Assembly (NCBI GenBank): GCA_014238535.1
Contig: JABAAW010000001.1
Span: 911 to 64,910, forward strand
Direction: 5' to 3'
Length of the DNA stretch: 64,000 nt
Source of the DNA: Alphaproteobacteria bacterium
GTDB lineage: Bacteria; Pseudomonadota; Alphaproteobacteria; JABAAW01
Part shown: in pieces, positions 59,286 through 64,000 of the stretch
Layout: each line of letters starts with the position of its first letter
Position numbering within the stretch: the stretch's first letter is position 1
Position numbers and translations under genes: made by a program
Notes under the pieces: generated by a model
What the model saw: the letters and a program-made list of their open reading frames with translations, nothing else
The model's database searches: none
What the model was told of the DNA's origin: nothing

Positions 59286-61112
59286 ATGATGGGAGCTGCC
59301 TACGATATAGTCGATCATTCGCACGATGTTTTGGTGGTCGGTGCTGGCGGTAGCGGTTTACGGGCAACGCTAGGCGTTCTTGAGGGTGGCTTCAGCACTG
59401 CTTGCATCAGTAAGCTGTTTCCCACTCGCAGTCATACGGTTGCAGCGCAGGGAGGCATTTCTGCCTCGCTTGGCAATATGGGCGAGGATCATTGGTCGTG
59501 GCACATGTATGATACGGTTAAGGGTGCGGATTGGCTTGGCGATCAAGATGCCATTGAATATATGGTCAGGGCGGCGGTCGATTCGATTGTCGAGCTAGAG
59601 CACTACGGCATGCCTTTTAGTCGTACGGAGGCTGGGAAGATTTACCAACGCCCCTTTGGAGGAATGACTACTCGCTTTGGCAAGGGACCTGCTGCTGAAC
59701 GCACTTGCGCTGCTGCTGATCGCACAGGGCATGCGATGCTACACACGCTCTACCAACAATGCCTGAAAAGGAAAGCGGACTTTTATATCGAGTATTTTGT
59801 GCTCGATTTGCTGATGGACGATAGCGGTCGATGTTGCGGGGTTTTAGCATGGAATTTAGCAGATGGTAGTTTGCATCGATTTCGTGCGCGCGAGACAATT
59901 TTGGCGACAGGAGGTTATGGTCGCGTTTATTTTTCTTGCACGTCGGCGCATAGCTGTACTGGTGATGGAGGTGGTATGGCGTTGCGTGCTGGTTTGCCTC
60001 TACAGGACCCTGAGTTTGTGCAATTTCACCCGACGGGTATTTACGGAGCTGGTTGCCTAATCACTGAGGGGGCTCGTGGCGAGGGCGGATATTTAACGAA
60101 CAGCACTGGCGAGCGTTTTATGGAACGCTATGCGCCATCTGCTAAGGACTTGGCTTCGCGTGATGTTGTCAGTCGTGCTATGACGCTAGAAATACGCGAA
60201 GGTCGAGGCGTGTGTGCAAAAGGCAAAGCTAAGGGAGATCATATTCTCCTACACTTGGAGCATCTTTCGCCGAAAGTCTTACACGAACGCCTTCCGGGTA
60301 TTTCGGAAACTGCGCGTATCTTTGCCGATATTGATGTGACCAGACAACCGATTCCAGTGTTGCCGACATGCCACTATAATATGGGAGGTATTCCAACTTT
60401 GCACTCTAGCGATGTTGTGAATCCGAAAGGCAACGATAACGACCGCATTGTCGAGGGTCTGCTTGCTATAGGTGAGGCGGGTTGCGTCTCTGTGCATGGG
60501 GCTAACCGCTTGGGATCAAACTCGCTGTTGGATTTGGTCGTCTTTGGTAGAGCTGCTGCTCAGACTTGTGTCAATCGTTTGCAGGGTGGCAATGGAGCGG
60601 CACCGAACCCTTCTTCTACATCCGAACAGCAGTCGCTGGCGCGTTTCGATGCCTATCGTTATGCTAAGGGTAAGTATTCTACCGCTAGTTTGCGTGATGC
60701 ACTGCAACATTTAATGCAGGAGGATTGTTCAGTTTTTCGCACGGAGAAAATATTAGCGGCTGGTTTGCAACGGATCATTAAATTATGGTCGCAGCTTCCT
60801 TCCATTTCTATATCCGACCGTACGTTAATATGGAATTCGGATCTGATGGAGACCTTGGAGTTTGAAAATCTTTTGTTGTGCGCGACGGCGACTCTTTCCT
60901 GCGCGCACCAGCGCAAAGAGAGTCGTGGTGCGCATGCGCGCGAAGACTTTCCCAAGCGCGACGATGACAAGTGGATGCAGCATTCTTTGATATGGCTTGA
61001 CAAGGGCGAGGGCAAGGATAAGGGTAAGTTTAGCTCGCGTTTTGCTACGCGTCCTGTGCATGCGAAACCATTAACCGCAGAGCCGATTCCTCCGCAAGAA
61101 AGAGTATATTGA
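59286..61112 (+). CDS. sdhA: Succinate dehydrogenase flavoprotein subunit
   Basis: FAD-binding [11 protein letters not shown], the covalent-FAD His region (SHTVAAQGG) and the HPTG active-site loop. Confidence 0.95.
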   Translation: MMGAAYDIVDHSHDVLVVGAGGSGLRATLGVLEGGFSTACISKLFPTRSHTVAAQGGISASLGNMGEDHWSWHMYDTVKGADWLGDQDAIEYMVRAAVDSIVELEHYGMPFSRTEAGKIYQRPFGGMTTRFGKGPAAERTCAAADRTGHAMLHTLYQQCLKRKADFYIEYFVLDLLMDDSGRCCGVLAWNLADGSLHRFRARETILATGGYGRVYFSCTSAHSCTGDGGGMALRAGLPLQDPEFVQFHPTGIYGAGCLITEGARGEGGYLTNSTGERFMERYAPSAKDLASRDVVSRAMTLEIREGRGVCAKGKAKGDHILLHLEHLSPKVLHERLPGISETARIFADIDVTRQPIPVLPTCHYNMGGIPTLHSSDVVNPKGNDNDRIVEGLLAIGEAGCVSVHGANRLGSNSLLDLVVFGRAAAQTCVNRLQGGNGAAPNPSSTSEQQSLARFDAYRYAKGKYSTASLRDALQHLMQEDCSVFRTEKILAAGLQRIIKLWSQLPSISISDRTLIWNSDLMETLEFENLLLCATATLSCAHQRKESRGAHAREDFPKRDDDKWMQHSLIWLDKGEGKDKGKFSSRFATRPVHAKPLTAEPIPPQERVY

Positions 61113-61209
61113 CTAGTATGTTGCATGAATGCGTAATTGGTGGAATGGGCGCGCATAGTATTGGTTTTACTTTCTGCTAACCTACATTCGACAGGAGTGA
61201 AAATACCAC

Positions 61210-62052
61210 ATGGCACAGTTATTTCTTCCCGCTAACTCGCGTATTAAGCGCGGTAAGCACTGGGCTTTACCAACCACTAGTAGCGCGAAACGCGTGCGTG
61301 TAAAGGACTTTAAGGTTTATCGGTGGAATGGCGTCAAGGGCGAGCGTCCGCGTTTAGATCGCTACAAGCTCGACTTGAACTCCTGTGGTCCTATGGTTTT
61401 GGATGGTTTGATCGCTATCAAAAACAAGATTGACTCTACGCTAACCTTTCGTCGTTCTTGTCGCGAGGGCGTGTGTGGTTCGTGTGCGATGAACATCGAT
61501 GGAACGAACACATTGGCGTGCACCAAGCCGATGGCATCGGTGCGCGGGTCGATCAAAGTCTATCCTCTGCCGCACTGCTCTGTTATCAAGGACTTGGTAG
61601 CGAATTTGGATGGTTCTTATCGCCAGCTTGCGACTATCGAGCCGTGGTTGCAGGCTGCCACTGAAGTAGGCAAGGGCAAGGGCAAGGATAAGAGTAAGGG
61701 TATGCGCGAGCGAAAGCAAACGCCTCAGGCGCGCGCTGCCCTCGATGGCTCGTATGAGTGCATCCTCTGCTTTTGTTGCTCGACTAGTTGTCCTAGCTAT
61801 TGGTGGAATCCGGACAAGTATTTGGGACCTGCTGTGCTATTGCAAGCATATCGATGGTTGATGGATTCGCGAGACGGCGCCGAGCAGAAACGTTTGCGTG
61901 CGCTTGCCGACCCTTTCAAGTTATACCGTTGCCACACGATAATGAACTGTACGAATGCTTGTCCGAAGGGATTGAATCCTGCTAAAGCGATTGCTGAGAT
62001 AAAGAAGATGGTAGCAAAGAAGCCAAAGGACACTCTACAGGGGTATTTGTAG
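61210..62052 (+). CDS. sdhB: Succinate dehydrogenase iron-sulfur subunit
   Basis: 2Fe-2S ([11 protein letters not shown]), 4Fe-4S ([12 protein letters not shown]) and 3Fe-4S ([12 protein letters not shown]) cysteine clusters. Confidence 0.95.
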   Translation: MAQLFLPANSRIKRGKHWALPTTSSAKRVRVKDFKVYRWNGVKGERPRLDRYKLDLNSCGPMVLDGLIAIKNKIDSTLTFRRSCREGVCGSCAMNIDGTNTLACTKPMASVRGSIKVYPLPHCSVIKDLVANLDGSYRQLATIEPWLQAATEVGKGKGKDKSKGMRERKQTPQARAALDGSYECILCFCCSTSCPSYWWNPDKYLGPAVLLQAYRWLMDSRDGAEQKRLRALADPFKLYRCHTIMNCTNACPKGLNPAKAIAEIKKMVAKKPKDTLQGYL

Positions 62053-63540
62053 GTTTGCGCGTAAGCCGCCTTGTGGCGAGTCGTCCAAAGTTAGTTCGCC
62101 GCCGTGGATTCTTGCGATGTCGCGGGCGATGGAAAGCCCTAAGCCTGAGCCTCCTGTTTCTTGGTTGCGTGAACTTTCTAGTCTAAAAAACGGTTTAAAC
62201 ACTTCTTTGCGATATGGTTCTGGGATGCCTGGTCCGTCGTCGTCGATCAGAATTTCGATGTTCTCGCGCCTTTTGCCGACGATGATCGAGACGTTTTTTC
62301 CGTAGCGATGGGCGTTTGCCAGCAAGTTATCGAGGCATCTACGCAATGCGTTCTTGCGTGCGGCGATGATGAAGTTTCCTTCGATGTGGCAATATAGTGC
62401 GTTGCCGGCTCGTTGGTACCCTTGAACCAAGGCATCGACAAGCAACGATAGGTCTACGCTAGCGACTTTCTCTGTGCCTTCGCTGCGTGCGAAGGCTAGG
62501 TATCCATCGATCATCGCCTCCATTTCTTTCAGGTCGTCCTCTATGTCTTGTACCCTTGGGTCGCGCGCTAATGCTAGCTGCAATTTTATCCTGGTTAGCG
62601 GAGTTCTTAGGTCGTGGCTGACGCAAGAAAGCATATCGGTGCGTTGGCGCATTTGGCGGAAAATTCTTCTTCGCATGCGGTTGAATGCTTGGATAGCGTT
62701 TCGTACTTCTCTTGCACCACGAATGTCCACTCTTTCTGTGGTGTCCTGCCCTTTGCCGAACCTTTCGGCGACGCGCTCTAGATGGCGTAGAGGTTTGACT
62801 TGGTTGCGCATAAATAGCGCGGCGATAGAAAACAGTAGTATCGAAGAGCCTACCATCCACATAACGAATATATATGTTGTCGAACTAAATAACCTATCGC
62901 GCGGTATTACGGTCTGCAACACGCCTTGTGCCAGCTGTAGTTGCACGACGACTTGGTTGTCGAAGGGATTGCTATCGATGACGAATGGGCGCTTGACCTT
63001 TTCTTCGAGCATCGCTCCTAGATGTTTTGTGAAGAAGCTGGAACTGCGTGCGTTGCTCGCTTCTGTGTCGATTATCTGCCCGCGAAACAGGCTTACGGTT
63101 AACCCCAGATTTCTCTTGTAGTTTGCAACTATGCTAGGAAGAGCTTCTGGTTTTTCACGCATCATTTCGATGGCTAGGTTCACCTCTGCTGCTATCGAGC
63201 TTGCCATATTTTGCGCGATGATATTCCAGTGGCGATTGAAGAAAGCATACGCGGCGGTTATCTGAACAGCGATTAGCGGAATGACGATGATAAGCAAGGC
63301 GCGCGCAAATAGCGTCTTAGGAGGGAACGATTGCGTTGCGTTTGCAATGATCGCTACGATGCGTTTGAAGGGAGAAGGCGCACGGTTTTTTTTCTTTAGT
63401 TTGAGTGGCTGTGATTTTGTTAGCACTTGTGGCAGAGAATCTGCGCAGGACTTGACTATCGATTTGCAGATGGACTTTAGTGCTACATTCACCGTATGCA
63501 ACACTATAGGTAGCGTCGATTTTGTTTTTTTACTCGACAT
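62035..63540 (-). CDS. Sensor histidine kinase (EnvZ-like: two transmembrane segments, HAMP, HisKA, HATPase_c)
   Basis: H-box [11 protein letters not shown], an N-box and the G-boxes DDGPGIP / GGSGLGLSI. Its stop overlaps the convergent sdhB end by 18 nt. Confidence 0.8.
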   Translation of the reverse strand: MSSKKTKSTLPIVLHTVNVALKSICKSIVKSCADSLPQVLTKSQPLKLKKKNRAPSPFKRIVAIIANATQSFPPKTLFARALLIIVIPLIAVQITAAYAFFNRHWNIIAQNMASSIAAEVNLAIEMMREKPEALPSIVANYKRNLGLTVSLFRGQIIDTEASNARSSSFFTKHLGAMLEEKVKRPFVIDSNPFDNQVVVQLQLAQGVLQTVIPRDRLFSSTTYIFVMWMVGSSILLFSIAALFMRNQVKPLRHLERVAERFGKGQDTTERVDIRGAREVRNAIQAFNRMRRRIFRQMRQRTDMLSCVSHDLRTPLTRIKLQLALARDPRVQDIEDDLKEMEAMIDGYLAFARSEGTEKVASVDLSLLVDALVQGYQRAGNALYCHIEGNFIIAARKNALRRCLDNLLANAHRYGKNVSIIVGKRRENIEILIDDDGPGIPEPYRKEVFKPFFRLESSRNQETGGSGLGLSIARDIARIHGGELTLDDSPQGGLRANLQIPL

Positions 63541-64000
63541 GCAGGCTGTACCCTTTACTACGATGCGTCAGTATATGCCTTGGTATTTTGGGGTTGATTT
63601 CGATTTTGCTACGCAGGCGCGCGATCGCGATGTCGATAGCTCGTGGCGAGTTAGTTATATCGGCGAAGTGCGCTAGCGCGGTGCGATTCACGATAGCACC
63701 TTGCTGTGTTGCGAGTGCGCACAGTAGGTTAGCTTCGCTTGCTGGTAGCCTTGTATTTTTTTCAGCAGATGTCAGCACGCCGCGTTTAGTTTCGAATGTC
63801 CACCTGCCGATTTTTATTTTATCAGGTAGTTTTGTTTTTGTTTGCTTGTGCGCGAGTATTTTTCTAATGCGCAATAGCAATTCGCGTGGCTCGAATGGTT
63901 TAGGCATGTAGTCTGCAACCCCGGTCTCAAGCCCCTGAAGGCGATCAGCGGGCTCGCCCAGAGCGGACAAGATCATTATTGGTGCGTGTTCTCTTTCGTG
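63530..64000 (-). CDS. OmpR-family response regulator, 3'-portion only; the N-terminus lies beyond the window end
   Basis: Receiver alpha4-beta5 DYMPKPF followed by a winged-helix DNA-binding domain (RLRSKIE ... HILTHRSKGYSL). The frame is open to position 64000. Overlaps the kinase start by 11 nt. Confidence 0.8.
   Translation of the reverse strand, partial: HEREHAPIMILSALGEPADRLQGLETGVADYMPKPFEPRELLLRIRKILAHKQTKTKLPDKIKIGRWTFETKRGVLTSAEKNTRLPASEANLLCALATQQGAIVNRTALAHFADITNSPRAIDIAIARLRSKIEINPKIPRHILTHRSKGYSLHVE

Noticed and set aside
60990-61700. Near-identical 19-nt segment gggcaaggataag(g/a)gtaag present in both sdhA (about 61010) and sdhB (about 61680), encoding [12 protein letters not shown] insertions
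   Set aside because: It could be a tiny mobile or recombined repeat. More likely it is convergent Gly/Lys codon usage in variable surface loops. It is too short to call a repeat element without genome-wide counts.
1-64000. CRISPR arrays, IS elements/transposases, rRNA operons, prophage structural genes
   Set aside because: No spaced direct repeats of CRISPR type were found. No transposase, integrase (other than XerD) or phage capsid/tail motifs were found. No 16S/23S-like sequence was seen on reading both strands.

Overview
This is a 64 kb alphaproteobacterial (Rhizobiales-like) chromosomal segment of core metabolism and translation genes, tightly packed, mostly on the minus strand, at about 50% GC. 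Two small accessory insertions stand out.

Gene content, in order:
- moaA (5'-partial), nadK, gor, a SpoU-family methyltransferase, then the holA-lptE-leuS cluster.
- gabD, gap, radC, map.
- A molybdenum-cofactor block moaE-moaD-moeA-mobB with pgsA, then an L,D-transpeptidase.
- pheT-pheS-rplT-rpmI, yraN, rsmI, a divergently transcribed LpoA-like lipoprotein, tRNA-Pro(GGG).
- A nitrilase-family gene, an asparaginase-II-family gene, dut, coaBC, a fused aroK-aroB ORF, a CorC/HlyC CBS protein, pyrF.
- leuBDC, rplS-trmD-rimM-rpsP, ffh, xerD.
- rnd, a class I fumarase, sspB, gshB, pth, ilvD, a SPOR protein, an Smr protein, xthA.
- Three tandem Omp25/31-like outer-membrane barrel paralogs, yifB/comM, sdhCDAB.
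- A convergent EnvZ/OmpR-like two-component pair at the window end (response regulator partial).

Most notable: a 1.2 kb AT-rich islet (about 33% GC, 41271-42479) sits between xerD and rnd. It carries a two-gene operon: a Panacea-domain (DUF4065/SocA/GepA-like) antitoxin-type gene followed 23 bp later by a 162-aa ORF with no family I can recognise. The spacing, order, size and acquired base composition fit a toxin-antitoxin or abortive-infection pair whose toxin is uncharacterised. It has a faint MazF/PemK-like residue pattern.

Second: a 570 bp region the ORF track shows as empty (45908-46477) holds a circularly permuted, two-piece tmRNA gene (ssrA) on the minus strand. It has a tag ORF ANDNARVVAQAA-stop, a G3:U acceptor stem, a T-arm and an ACCA 3' end. 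It lies directly upstream of sspB, the ClpXP adaptor for ssrA-tagged proteins. A small, lower-GC RTX-repeat protein gene is divergent from it.

No CRISPR arrays, IS elements or rRNA genes were seen.
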